Assembly: GCA_963934545.1 (NCBI GenBank)
Contig: CAWVZA010000001.1
Span: 1 to 55,421, forward strand
Origin: an uncultured Sulfitobacter sp.
Lineage (GTDB): Bacteria > Pseudomonadota > Alphaproteobacteria > Rhodobacterales > Rhodobacteraceae
Direction: 5' to 3'
Length of the DNA stretch: 55,421 bases
Shown in pieces: positions 40,252 through 49,840 of this stretch. A model generated the notes under the pieces. That model searched no databases and was not told the DNA's origin. It worked only from the letters and a program-made list of their open reading frames with translations. Position 1 is the stretch's first letter, and each line of letters starts with the position of its first letter. Made by a program: the position numbers and the translations under genes.

Positions 40252-40832
40252 TGATCTGCTCCGTCCATGGCGGGCAGGTATTCCTGCCCCGTTGCGGCCG
40301 ATGCAATGCACAGAACAGCGATATATACGCTCACAACGGCACCCGTTGCCGCACCAAACATGCATAGGGCATAGCCCCACCAGACAGGAAATTCGAGCAG
40401 GAGCGAGGTCTGGCCAGAGCGCAGTTTGCTCTGCATGCCGGCAAATAGTTGAATTGCGATTAGGACCAGCACAGCGGCAAAAAGTATATCAATCAGCATT
40501 TGCAAAATACGGTTGGCGCGGGAAGACAGCCGCGATGTGAAGATATCAACCGAGGCATGACCGCCCGTCAGCTGGCACAGCGGCAAGAAGGCAAAAATGG
40601 AAAAGGCGACGCCCGCTTCGATCAGCTCAAAGTCGCCATTGATTGGACCGATGCCAACGTCAATCAACCAGCGCGCGAGATCGGGCATAAGGGAGACAAC
40701 GGCATCAGCATGCAACACACCGTTCAGGCTGCGCCCAACGATTGAAGCAGTGGTCAAAACAATCAGAAAGGTGAGCATCACCCCACCAAGGTAGGCCATC
40801 GCACGCGACAGTTTGTAAATGATCGAATACAT
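40248..40832 (-). CDS. dctQ: TRAP small permease
   Basis: GDFELIE and GHASVDIFT; four TM segments. Confidence 0.88.
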   Translation of the reverse strand: MYSIIYKLSRAMAYLGGVMLTFLIVLTTASIVGRSLNGVLHADAVVSLMPDLARWLIDVGIGPINGDFELIEAGVAFSIFAFLPLCQLTGGHASVDIFTSRLSSRANRILQMLIDILFAAVLVLIAIQLFAGMQSKLRSGQTSLLLEFPVWWGYALCMFGAATGAVVSVYIAVLCIASAATGQEYLPAMDGADH

Positions 40833-40867
40833 AAGGGCCCCATAGGTCGCATGGTATATTGTGCATC

Positions 40868-40893
40868 GGCCGCCCCATGGGTTTGGGGCGGCC
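40868..40893 (-). terminator. Stem-loop between dctP and dctQ
   Basis: GGCCGCCCCA-N6-TGGGGCGGCC. Confidence 0.55.
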
Positions 40894-40919
40894 AGCAGTT
40901 TTTTAACTGTGCCTTAGGC

Positions 40920-41963
40920 TCAGAATTTGGACATCATGCCTTTGCATTCACCTGACATCAGCGCGCGCGCTTCGTCGATGACTGCTTGGCCGTCGCGGCC
41001 TTTGCCGTCCATATCGGCGATCCAGTCAGCATAGATAGGCTCGACCACTGGCAGCCAGTCAGTCGCAGCTGTTGCTGCATCAATCGTAATGATGTTGTTG
41101 CCCATCTCGTCTGCCACAACACGCGCAGGCGCATCAGCATCCGCTTGAACACCACCAGCAAAGACAGAGAATTCCAAACCGGAGTTCGCGTCCATAACAG
41201 CCTTCAGGTCATCGGGCATATTGTTGTAGGAATCGTTGTTCATCGCCAGAACGAAACCAAGTGTATAAAGGCCGGGGCCCTGAAACTCGGTGTGGTTCTC
41301 GACCAGTTCCGGCACTTTGAGCGCAGGGGTTACTTCCCATGGGATCGTTGTGCCGTCGATCACGCCTTTTGACAGGCCTTCGGAGACTGCAGGAACGGGC
41401 ATGCCGACAGGGGTAGCGCCCGTCAGTTCGAGCAGTTGGTTCACGAGGCGTGAGCCACCGCGAATTTTCATGCCTTCGAGGTCAGCAGGGAGTTCGACAG
41501 GATCAGTGGTGTGTAAGATGCCGGGGCCATGGACCCATGTGCCAAGGATGTGCACATCCTTGAAATCGTCGCGCATGTTTTTGTCGTACATTTTCCAGTA
41601 CGCGCACGATGCGGCGCGTGCGTCCTCTACCATGAAGGGCAGCTCGAACACTTCAGTCTCGGGGAAGCGGCCAGGCGTGTAGCCGACAACAGTCCAGACA
41701 ATGTCTGCTACGCCATCAACTGCTTGGTCCAGCAGTTCGGGTGGCGTGCCGCCCAATGCCATAGAATCGAAACGCTCGATTTTGATCCGACCCTTGGATT
41801 CGGCTTCGATGCGGTCAGCCCAGACGGACAGGATCAATTTTGGCACGTTGGCTTGTGCAGGCAAAAACTGGTGCATATTCAGCGTAACTTCTTGTGCCAT
41901 TGCGCCGGATGCAGCGAACGCCAAAGCAGTTGCGCCAAAAAGTGTTGATTTCAGTTTGTTCAC
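40920..41963 (-). CDS. dctP: TRAP substrate-binding protein
   Basis: Signal peptide, GYTPGRFP, ELPF, DLEGMKIR and LSKGVIDG; GTG start with GGGAG RBS. Confidence 0.9.
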   Translation of the reverse strand: MNKLKSTLFGATALAFAASGAMAQEVTLNMHQFLPAQANVPKLILSVWADRIEAESKGRIKIERFDSMALGGTPPELLDQAVDGVADIVWTVVGYTPGRFPETEVFELPFMVEDARAASCAYWKMYDKNMRDDFKDVHILGTWVHGPGILHTTDPVELPADLEGMKIRGGSRLVNQLLELTGATPVGMPVPAVSEGLSKGVIDGTTIPWEVTPALKVPELVENHTEFQGPGLYTLGFVLAMNNDSYNNMPDDLKAVMDANSGLEFSVFAGGVQADADAPARVVADEMGNNIITIDAATAATDWLPVVEPIYADWIADMDGKGRDGQAVIDEARALMSGECKGMMSKF

Positions 41964-42315
41964 AATAGTCTCCCTAATTTATGTGCGGGACTGGTCATTT
42001 GCCCCCCCCCCCGCGTAGACCGTCTTGTGGTCAGAATTGCTTGAACCTGACAGCGTCGCTCCAAGATAGTTACCTTGCATACCTAAAGCGGATTGTCGCT
42101 TCATTTTTAGCCTAATCTGCCTAAATTCAAGCTAGAAGTGATGATGGTGGATGGAATGACCCGCCGTACTCGCGCTGTGATTGCAGGACCCTTAGCGGCG
42201 TAAGTGCTTATGCGTTCTGCCAATATTGAGGCAGGCACCTCTTTGGGGAGCTGCTATGCGGGAAGAATATCGTGATCGTATCAATTATCGATATTACTGC
42301 GCCGTAATCAATATT

Positions 42316-44331
42316 GTGAGTGGCCAAGGGATATTGAGCAGCAATATCAGCACCGTCAAAATGGCGCATATCCGTCCTTCTGAAGCTCAACAAGCCCTAG
42401 AAGTCCCTTTCGATAGCAAGGTCGAAATGACCAAAGCATTTGAGGCAGCACACGCACAGCGGTTCGGTTTTGTTCCACAAGGCGCTGATCTGATCATCGA
42501 AATCCTGTCTGCGGAAGCAATTGGGCAAACTGGAGAAACCGTAACACTTGAGCAAGATGCACGGGGCCAGACCCATGCGGAAAATATTCAGATGTGGTCG
42601 GATGGAACGCAACACAGTGCGCCTGTTGTGGACCGAACAAAGATGCGCAAGGGAGATTTGGTTGTGGGTCCAGCAATCCTCACAGAACCCACGGGCACAA
42701 ATATCTTGGAATGCGGTTGGCAAGCGGAGTGCATTGCCGACGGTTGCCTTGTTCTAACGCGCACCACAGCACTTGTCCGCCAAGAGGCCATTGGCACCAA
42801 AGTCGACCCTGTAATGCTTGAGGTGTTCAACAATTTGTTCATGTCTATTGCAGATCAAATGGGTGCAACGCTGGCAAACACAGCTTATTCTGTGAACATT
42901 AAGGAGCGTTACGATTTCTCCTGCGCAATCTTTGACGAAAACGGTGACCTCGTTGCTAATGCACCGCATGTTCCAGTACATTTGGGGTCCATGTCCGAAA
43001 GCGTGAGAGTCATTCTGGCGTAGAACCGTGGGAAAATCCGTCCCGGTGACGTGTTCATGATGAACAACCCGTTCAACGGTGGCACCCATCTGCCTGATGT
43101 CACTGTAATCACACCGGTCTTTGACGCTGATGGAGCCCGCATTCTCTACACCGTTGCCAGTCGTGGGCATCATGTAGATATCGGAGGCAAGACTCCAGGA
43201 TCAGCGCCACCTGACAGCAGAACCATCGATGAAGAAGGAGTTCTCATCGATAACTTCCTCCTTGTGAAAGAGGGGCAGCTCCGGGATTTTGAAACCCGAG
43301 CGTTACTGGCCTTTGGCAGCTATCCATGCCGAAATATAAATCAAAATATGGCTGATCTGTCTGCCCAGATTGCAGCCAATACAACTGGTCTGAAAGAGCT
43401 GCAAAAGATCACAACACAGTTTGGCATAGATACCGTACACGCGTACATGGCCCACGTTCAGGCCAATGCAGAGGAAAGCGTTCGCCGTGTCCTTGATGTG
43501 CTCCATGATTGCAAATTCACCTGCCCCCTCGACAGCGGTGATCAAATTCAGGTTGCGATCACTGTCCACAAAAAGCAACGGACCCCGACCATCGACTTTA
43601 CTAGAACCTCGCCACAAAACGAATGGCACTGCAACGCACTGCTGGCCATTTGCCGTGCTGTTGTTTTGTATGTCTTCCGCACTTTGGTGGGGACTGACAT
43701 CCCGATGAATGGAGGGTGCCTAAAGCCTCTTACCCTCATTGTGCCCAAAGGGAGTATGATCAATCCAGGCTCTCCCGCGGCGGTTAGTTCGGGCAATACC
43801 GAAGTCAGCCAAGCGATCGCCGACACTCTTTATGGAGCATTGAGTGTGATCGTGGGCAGCCAAGGCACGATGAACAATTTTGTCTATGGGAATGACACCT
43901 ACCAAAACTATGAAACGATCTGTGGTGGAACGGGGGCTGGCGACGGCTTCCATGGTACAAGCGCGGTCTATAGCCATATGACAAACACACGTATGACCGA
44001 TCCAGAAGTTCTGGAAACACGGTTTCCCGTGCGTCTTGATGGATTTTCGATCCGTACAGGGTCAGGCGGCACTGGCAAGTTTCAGGGGGGCGAAGGCATA
44101 ATCAGGCGCTTGCGGTTTCTTGAGCCGACCATAGTCACGGTCCTGTCCTCCCACCGAAAGATTCCACCGCATGGCATAATGGGTGGTGGGCATGGTGGGA
44201 TCGGGGAAAACAGCATCGAACGTGCAAATGGTCAAAAAGAACAATTAAAGGGCAATGACGAAGCTCAAATGCAGTTCAATGATGTCTTTGTTTTGAAATT
44301 ACTGGGTGGTGGCGGGTTCGGGCAAGGGTGA
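42316..44331 (+). pseudogene. 5'-truncated hydantoinase A/B (5-oxoprolinase) fusion with an in-frame stop
   Basis: DPVMLEVFNN, SVNIKER.DFSCA, GGTHLPD, SQGTMNN and [14 protein letters not shown] at 43021-43023 is in frame, the N-terminal ATPase portion is missing, and conserved motifs are altered (PMNGG, KLLGGGG). Confidence 0.85.
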
Positions 44332-44334
44332 CGT

Positions 44335-44745
44335 TTGTCTATCGTCATCATCCTGAAACGCGCGTGGTTCCGCAGATGATAGAGCTGGCCTCTCTGCGCC
44401 AGAGACTCTTTTGCCCGATGGCCATATGGGATGTCTGGTAACCTTGCAATTCGGGTGCGTTTTGCTCTGGTTCCAGATCAGCCCCTTTCCGTAGATACGT
44501 CTGCACAGTGTGACGTGCTAACGTGGTGCAATTACGCTCATCATAGCTATTTCAACCTCGCAGAGGTTGAGACGATTGCTGGGTATATTCTGGAAGCCGC
44601 CGCTGATGAGTATCTCGTCGTCAATGAGGCAGGTATGCCCACAGGAGAGATGCGCCGCGTCAAAGAAACGGCATTTGATTTTCGAACGGCAGGCTGTTGG
44701 TGAAGGGTGCGCGCTATGACCACCGCATGCGCCGAACCAGCCAAA
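44335..44745 (+). pseudogene. galM: Aldose 1-epimerase (galactose mutarotase) fragment
   Basis: DGHMG, N.AHHSYFNL, PTGE and FDFR, with a shifted YDH; both ends are missing. Confidence 0.72.
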
Positions 44746-44797
44746 TTACCCGTCTGTGATTTTCCCTTTGGGGAAACATGCCACCCGAACGTGCAGA

Positions 44798-45844
44798 TCA
44801 GGTGAACTGCACGCGCAATACTTCTGCGGTCCGAGCAAGCGTAGCGTTGGACAGATCGGATAAGGTGATATCATATACTGTGACGTCGTTGCGCGCCACA
44901 GACTTGGCGTAGCGCGGGTCATAATGTTTGGTGATGAGACCTGCTGCGAGGGTCTGCCAGTCTTTGGTTTGTACGTCCATCTGCCACTCGTCGATTTGGG
45001 AACCGGAATGATACGGGCGCAAACGATTAAGAATGCTGCTGAAATTTGATCCATCCTGTGTCAAATCATCATAGGCTGCACACAAAAAACGGCTGCGGGC
45101 GTCTAGCGGCGCCGTGATCCGGATGCGTGGGGCATTCCCCATCAGCGCCCACAAGGAAGAAGGCAGCATTCGTTCCCCGATTTTCGAGCTTTCAGCCTCT
45201 ACAAAGGTGACCTTGTCAGGATCAAGAGTGCTCAACGCCAAGGCAATGCGAGTCTCGAACATCTTTTGTGCGGGTTGTGGTTCAGACACGCTGCCGAATA
45301 AGGAGCCGCGATGGGCCGCTAGCCCTTCAAGGTCAAGAATTTGCGCGCCCTTTGCTGCGAGATGATGCAATAGGGCGGTTTTTGCTGTGCCAGTTCCACC
45401 ATCCACCAGCACCAGGCGGTGGGGCATTGGCATCTCGTATAATGTTTTGACAACTTCACTGCGATAGCTTTTGTACCCTCCCTTGAGGAGCTGGACACGC
45501 CAGCCAACCTGATCAAGGATTGTGGCAAATGCGTTTGACCGCTGTCCGCCACGCCAACAATAAACAAGGGGCTGCCATGCGCCATCCTTGTCAATGAGCG
45601 GTCCCTGTAGGTGGCGTGCGGTATTTTGCGCCACCAAGGCTCCGCCGATTTTTCGTGCCTTGAAGGGGCTGACGCGCGTGTAAATGGTGCCAACCTCGGC
45701 ACGCTCCGCGTCGGATAGTACGGGCAGGTTGATCGCACCAGGAAGGTGATCCTGAGCGTATTCAGCAGGTGCACGGACGTCGATGATGGTATCGACAGCC
45801 AGCCCTTGTAGCTGTGCAAGTGACGTGAGTGTGAGAGGTGTCAT
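44798..45844 (-). CDS. selU: tRNA 2-selenouridine synthase
   Basis: Rhodanese DVRAPAEY..DHLPGAINLP and YCWRGGQRS; P-loop GGTGTAKT; DLEGLAAHRGS, EAES.KIG and HYDP.Y. Confidence 0.93.
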   Translation of the reverse strand: MTPLTLTSLAQLQGLAVDTIIDVRAPAEYAQDHLPGAINLPVLSDAERAEVGTIYTRVSPFKARKIGGALVAQNTARHLQGPLIDKDGAWQPLVYCWRGGQRSNAFATILDQVGWRVQLLKGGYKSYRSEVVKTLYEMPMPHRLVLVDGGTGTAKTALLHHLAAKGAQILDLEGLAAHRGSLFGSVSEPQPAQKMFETRIALALSTLDPDKVTFVEAESSKIGERMLPSSLWALMGNAPRIRITAPLDARSRFLCAAYDDLTQDGSNFSSILNRLRPYHSGSQIDEWQMDVQTKDWQTLAAGLITKHYDPRYAKSVARNDVTVYDITLSDLSNATLARTAEVLRVQFT

Positions 45845-46257
45845 GGACGCCTTAAGACCTATTCCAACGCGGTTGTCTCTAGCTATCGTGCGGGTTTGCT
45901 CACTTCAGTGATAAGCGGAAAAGAAATGCCATGTGTGTTTTTGGTAAAGATACTCCGATGATATCGGAGCGGGACGTAATGCGCAGATCATGTGAGGAGG
46001 GATCCAAATCCGAGTTTTAGGATTTTGGGCACCTACCGTACGCCTGAGCAAAACGTCCGAAGTTGGCCATAGGCTGTACATAGAACACTCTGGAGCCTGA
46101 GCGCTGCAAGTCGATCGAGCGCACCAACCGTGCGACCCATCACACAAATAAACGAGGGGTGGGAGGTGGTTGAAGCGTTTCTACAAAGCAGACCTCGGTG
46201 CGTCTTGCGGCTAGAGCTAGTCAGGCTAACAGCGGTTACAATACAATGCTGACGGTT

Positions 46258-46803
46258 CTATTTACCCCAAGGGCAGAGTGCTTCGATCTGTTGGCGACCA
46301 AGTTTTTCCAGTGTTTTTATGTTATCTATATAGATCTTCTCAGGGTCCGAAACGTGAGCGAGGGCTTGGGTTACTTGATCTTGACGCAGAAGATGTATGA
46401 TTGGATAGGGTGAGCGATTGGTGAAGTGGCTAAGATCGTTAGCATCCACACCCTCAAATTGATATTGAGGATGAAACGATGCTAATTGCACATGCGCTGT
46501 CAGGTCTGCCTGCTCCAACAGCTGCTGGAACCAATCGAGTAAGGCGAGGTAATCGTCAAACCCGTCTAGACCTTGGGTAAACATGAGCAGGCTGGTGGCA
46601 ACGTCATTTTCGTCAGCCTCAAGCAGACGCTGTAATTCATCCACATAGAATTGCTTTAGTTGTGCATCAGTGGTGGCATCACAGATGGCATAGTGCACTT
46701 GGTCTCTGGCTATGACGCTAGCGGAGAGTGGACATAGATTTAATCCCACTACCATTTGATCAAGCCACTGACGGGTGTTTTTAACAACGTCTTGATGAGC
46801 TAT
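46258..46803 (-). CDS. DUF1415 family protein with a non-ATG (ATA) apparent start
   Basis: TRQWL..MVVGLNLCP, QLASFHP and TNRSPYP..HLLR; homology-like sequence extends 16 codons above ATG 46755 to ATA 46803. Confidence 0.75.
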   Translation of the reverse strand: MAHQDVVKNTRQWLDQMVVGLNLCPLSASVIARDQVHYAICDATTDAQLKQFYVDELQRLLEADENDVATSLLMFTQGLDGFDDYLALLDWFQQLLEQADLTAHVQLASFHPQYQFEGVDANDLSHFTNRSPYPIIHLLRQDQVTQALAHVSDPEKIYIDNIKTLEKLGRQQIEALCPWGK

Positions 46804-47110
46804 GGATAGTGCCTTGGGGCTAGACTTATTGATACGATAGATCCTTCATTTTTTTAACGTACTTAAAGCATATCTTGCCCAAATCTTTAATTTATTCGCG
46901 AAAGCCAAATTAACTGAATTGGCGTAGTCACAAGCGTCGACTGTGTCATGCCATCCTTGGCTATTGGCAAGCACTGTTTCAAAGCAAAATAGCGGACAAT
47001 TACCCCACCGATTGCATTTGTATATTTTATGGTTCGATAACAACTATAAATTTTCTAAATTTCCGTGTCGGTGCTACCTTTGCTCGAAATCTACGAGCTT
47101 AAGGTAAAAT

Positions 47111-47848
47111 ATGAACAGGCAAGACTTTCAAAGGCGTTTCGACACATCTGGTCCTGTCATACTGCCAGTTATTCATGTTCTTGATGCCAAACAGGCGCGG
47201 CGCAACATCGAGGTTGCAAGAGAGGGTGGCTGTCCTGGCGTCTTTCTGATCAACCATGACTTCGAGAAAGAAAAGCTGGTTCCGATTATCAAAGAGATGC
47301 GGCAGGCGTTTCCTGGCTACTGGCTTGGTGTGAACTTTCTGGCTGTGACTGGTAAATTCGCGTTTCCAATTCTGGGTGAGCTTCAGGCCCAAGGTGTTCG
47401 GGTTGACGGCTATTGGGCGGATGACGCCCGCATGGACGAGCGCCGTGCTGAGGATGATCAGCCCGAAGCAAATGAGATTGCAGAAATCCGCAAGACGAGT
47501 GGTTGGGACGGGCTGTATATCGGTGGCACCGCCTTCAAGAAACAGCGCGATGTTGATCCTGCACATTATCCCAAGAGCGCGCGCATCGCTACGAATTTCA
47601 TGGATGTGGTCGTAACCTCTGGCGTCGCCACTGGTCACGCAGCGGACGTTGGTAAAATCGAGATCTTTCGGGAGCATTGCGGAGATACTGCCCTTGGTTT
47701 GGCTTCTGGAATAACGCCTCAAAACGCCGCGTACTACGCAGATGCGGTTGATCTTTTCATGGTGGCAACGGGCATCAATTTTGAGGGGGACTTTTACAAC
47801 ATCGACCCCGATCGCCTGAAACACCTCACGCACCTCACACAGAAATAA
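47111..47848 (+). CDS. BtpA/SgcQ-like TIM-barrel protein
   Basis: LPVIHV, GVFLIN, LGVNFL, AFKKQ, VVTSG.ATG and LASGITP.N. Confidence 0.7.
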   Translation: MNRQDFQRRFDTSGPVILPVIHVLDAKQARRNIEVAREGGCPGVFLINHDFEKEKLVPIIKEMRQAFPGYWLGVNFLAVTGKFAFPILGELQAQGVRVDGYWADDARMDERRAEDDQPEANEIAEIRKTSGWDGLYIGGTAFKKQRDVDPAHYPKSARIATNFMDVVVTSGVATGHAADVGKIEIFREHCGDTALGLASGITPQNAAYYADAVDLFMVATGINFEGDFYNIDPDRLKHLTHLTQK

Positions 47849-47861
47849 GGGAGACTATCAA

Positions 47862-48482
47862 ATGACACTCGACAAAGGCCCTAGAGACGACCGTTGGTAT
47901 TTCTCATTGATGGCACCGAACACCAAAGGCGAGAAGTTTGCGTGGCTGGACCCGACGTCCATCTACATCAACGGCAAGGCCTATCATGACCTGCTGGATG
48001 ATCTGTGTGCTGACCTGAATGCCGACGATATTGATGTCGTGGCAGGTCTTGATGCGATGGGTTTTGTATTGGCTGCGGGCATTGCCGCGCGGATTGGGCG
48101 TGGCTTTTTGCCGATACGCAAGACGGGCAAATTGTGCGTCGATACAGATATTGCGTCCATGACTAACTATTCAGGTCAAACGCAAGCGATGGAAATGCGC
48201 CTACCAGCCTTTGCGCCTGAAACGCGGGTCTTGCTTGTGGATCAATGGGTCGAAACCGGCGGCACAATGCACGGTGCTGTGCAATTGGTTGAACAGCAAA
48301 AAGGTAAAGTCGCAGGCATGGTGGCCATTGTCATGGAAGACAATGAAAACACCGCAGAATACCGCAAGAAATACAAGTGTATCTCAGCCATTCAACCAGA
48401 TACAAAATGGCAGCGACAGGCGAACGCGCAGTATCTCGAAAGCTTCAAAACCTACAAGCCAGAGATGGCCTTTCCAGTCTAG
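47862..48482 (+). CDS. Type I phosphoribosyltransferase (APRT-like, atypical)
   Basis: GLDAMGF, IRK.GKL and PRPP loop VLLVDQWVETGGT; AGGGAG RBS. Confidence 0.85.
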   Translation: MTLDKGPRDDRWYFSLMAPNTKGEKFAWLDPTSIYINGKAYHDLLDDLCADLNADDIDVVAGLDAMGFVLAAGIAARIGRGFLPIRKTGKLCVDTDIASMTNYSGQTQAMEMRLPAFAPETRVLLVDQWVETGGTMHGAVQLVEQQKGKVAGMVAIVMEDNENTAEYRKKYKCISAIQPDTKWQRQANAQYLESFKTYKPEMAFPV

Positions 48483-48524
48483 GACCCAAGCCGAGCGCAC
48501 ATTTCACAAAGCTCACCTAAGAGG

Positions 48525-48555
48525 GGTTCCACAGATGAAATTAACCTGTGGAACC
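48525..48555. terminator. Stem-loop downstream of the PRTase gene
   Basis: GGTTCCACAG-N11-CTGTGGAACC. Confidence 0.4.
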
Positions 48556-48809
48556 AGCAATCGTCCACTTGGCGAAGTCATTGCGGCACATGTGAACTTG
48601 CTGCTGGCGGAGTGTTATGTGCGCCGCTTCTTATCTGGCGAAGCTGTCGAGAGGATTAGCGCGGCTGATCGATCCTCTGTAGTGGCACCTGACACGATTG
48701 GTGTGACTGAAGCCGTCCTCGTCTTGGTTGAATAACAACTCGGGACAACGAATGCATGCGGAGCCGTTATCGGTTTCTATCTAGAATAAGTATCGCTAAT
48801 GTACCCAGC

Positions 48810-49694
48810 ATGAGCGCTACTAATTTATCCACAGAGCTTCTGCGAGCCTTCATAACGGTCATCGAAGTCGCCAGTTTCACACGGGCTGCAGAGATATTGG
48901 GCCGGACGCAACCTGCGATCAGCTTGCAAATCAAAAGGCTGGAACAAACGGTTGGGAGCGCTTTGATTGAGCGTAAAGGCAAAGAAATCACCCTGACTGA
49001 AAGGGGCGAGGCGCTCGCAATTCATGCCCGACAAATCCTTCGTCTAAACGATCTTGCTATGGTCCAATTCGAGACACCGAGCGAATCCTCAAAGCTGCGG
49101 GTTGGCTTGCCGGTGGATTATGCCGTGAACACACTTCAATCCTGCCTGACCGATGTCGTCCGAAAATATTCAGACGTGCAGGTCGAAATACGTTGTGACT
49201 TATCCAAGCACGTTCTAAGTGCCTTGCGCAGCAACGAGATCGATATAGCGGTTGCCCTGTTTGATGGGGACGATCAGCAATTCCTGTTCCGCAACTGGAA
49301 GGAACAACCTACGTGGGTTGGCGCAACCGACTTCGACATCCCTAACGCGTCCGACATCCCACTTGTCGTTCATCCCTATGGATGTGTCTATCGGGACCGC
49401 ATGACCACTGCATTGAAATTGGCAGGAAAAAGCTGGCGTATTGCCTATTCGAGCCCCGGGATCGGCGGTGTTCAACGTGCGGTCCACGACGGGTTGGGCT
49501 TGTCCTGTCTGACGGTCCCCACAGTTCAAAGCGGTATGCGCACATTCACTGAAAAAGACGGCCTCCCCGTATTGCCCCCATTGCATATTGGTCTGTTTGC
49601 GCGACAGGCACAGTTGGGTGCAGGCGGATATGCGGCGATTGATGCCATAGTAAATATGTTGGAAGCACAATCTTTGGGCATTCATTCTGGATAA
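48810..49694 (+). CDS. LysR family transcriptional regulator
   Basis: LRAF...SFTRAA..LGRTQPAISLQIKRLE HTH and a LysR substrate domain. Confidence 0.93.
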   Translation: MSATNLSTELLRAFITVIEVASFTRAAEILGRTQPAISLQIKRLEQTVGSALIERKGKEITLTERGEALAIHARQILRLNDLAMVQFETPSESSKLRVGLPVDYAVNTLQSCLTDVVRKYSDVQVEIRCDLSKHVLSALRSNEIDIAVALFDGDDQQFLFRNWKEQPTWVGATDFDIPNASDIPLVVHPYGCVYRDRMTTALKLAGKSWRIAYSSPGIGGVQRAVHDGLGLSCLTVPTVQSGMRTFTEKDGLPVLPPLHIGLFARQAQLGAGGYAAIDAIVNMLEAQSLGIHSG

Positions 49695-49705
49695 GCGCTC
49701 ATTAT
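49691..49705. promoter_or_regulatory. Candidate LysR box (T-N11-A) upstream of the ABC operon
   Basis: ATAAGCGCTCATTAT; a similar ATAAGTATCGCTAAT lies at 48786-48800 before lysR. Confidence 0.45.
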
Positions 49706-49840
49706 GCAGACATATCAACGATAAATTTCCCAAAACTGCCATCTTGCAATAGCATTCCCCTAAGTTAGCGCCGAACCTGATGGTTCAGCACAGCAACGAA
49801 TGCTCTTTTCTGCGAAAGGGCGACCAACTGGGAGAAGACG

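Noticed and set aside
22817-43023. Two in-frame amber stops, both in a GCG-TAG context (citF and oxoprolinase), suggesting recoding or readthrough
   Set aside because: Both genes carry other lesions (frameshift, truncation, motif decay), TAG ends normal genes in this window, and no pyl genes are seen. CAG-to-TAG mutation is simpler.
37246-45844. Selenium island linking the SelJ-like hydrolase and selU
   Set aside because: They are over 6 kb apart with unrelated genes between, and there is no in-frame TGA or selABCD.
47099-47833. 244-aa antisense ORF over the BtpA-like gene
   Set aside because: The plus-strand ORF has an RBS, motifs and operon context.
48211-48735. 174-aa ORF overlapping the PRTase 3' half and the spacer
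   Set aside because: Out-of-frame overlap that crosses a hairpin and has no motifs.
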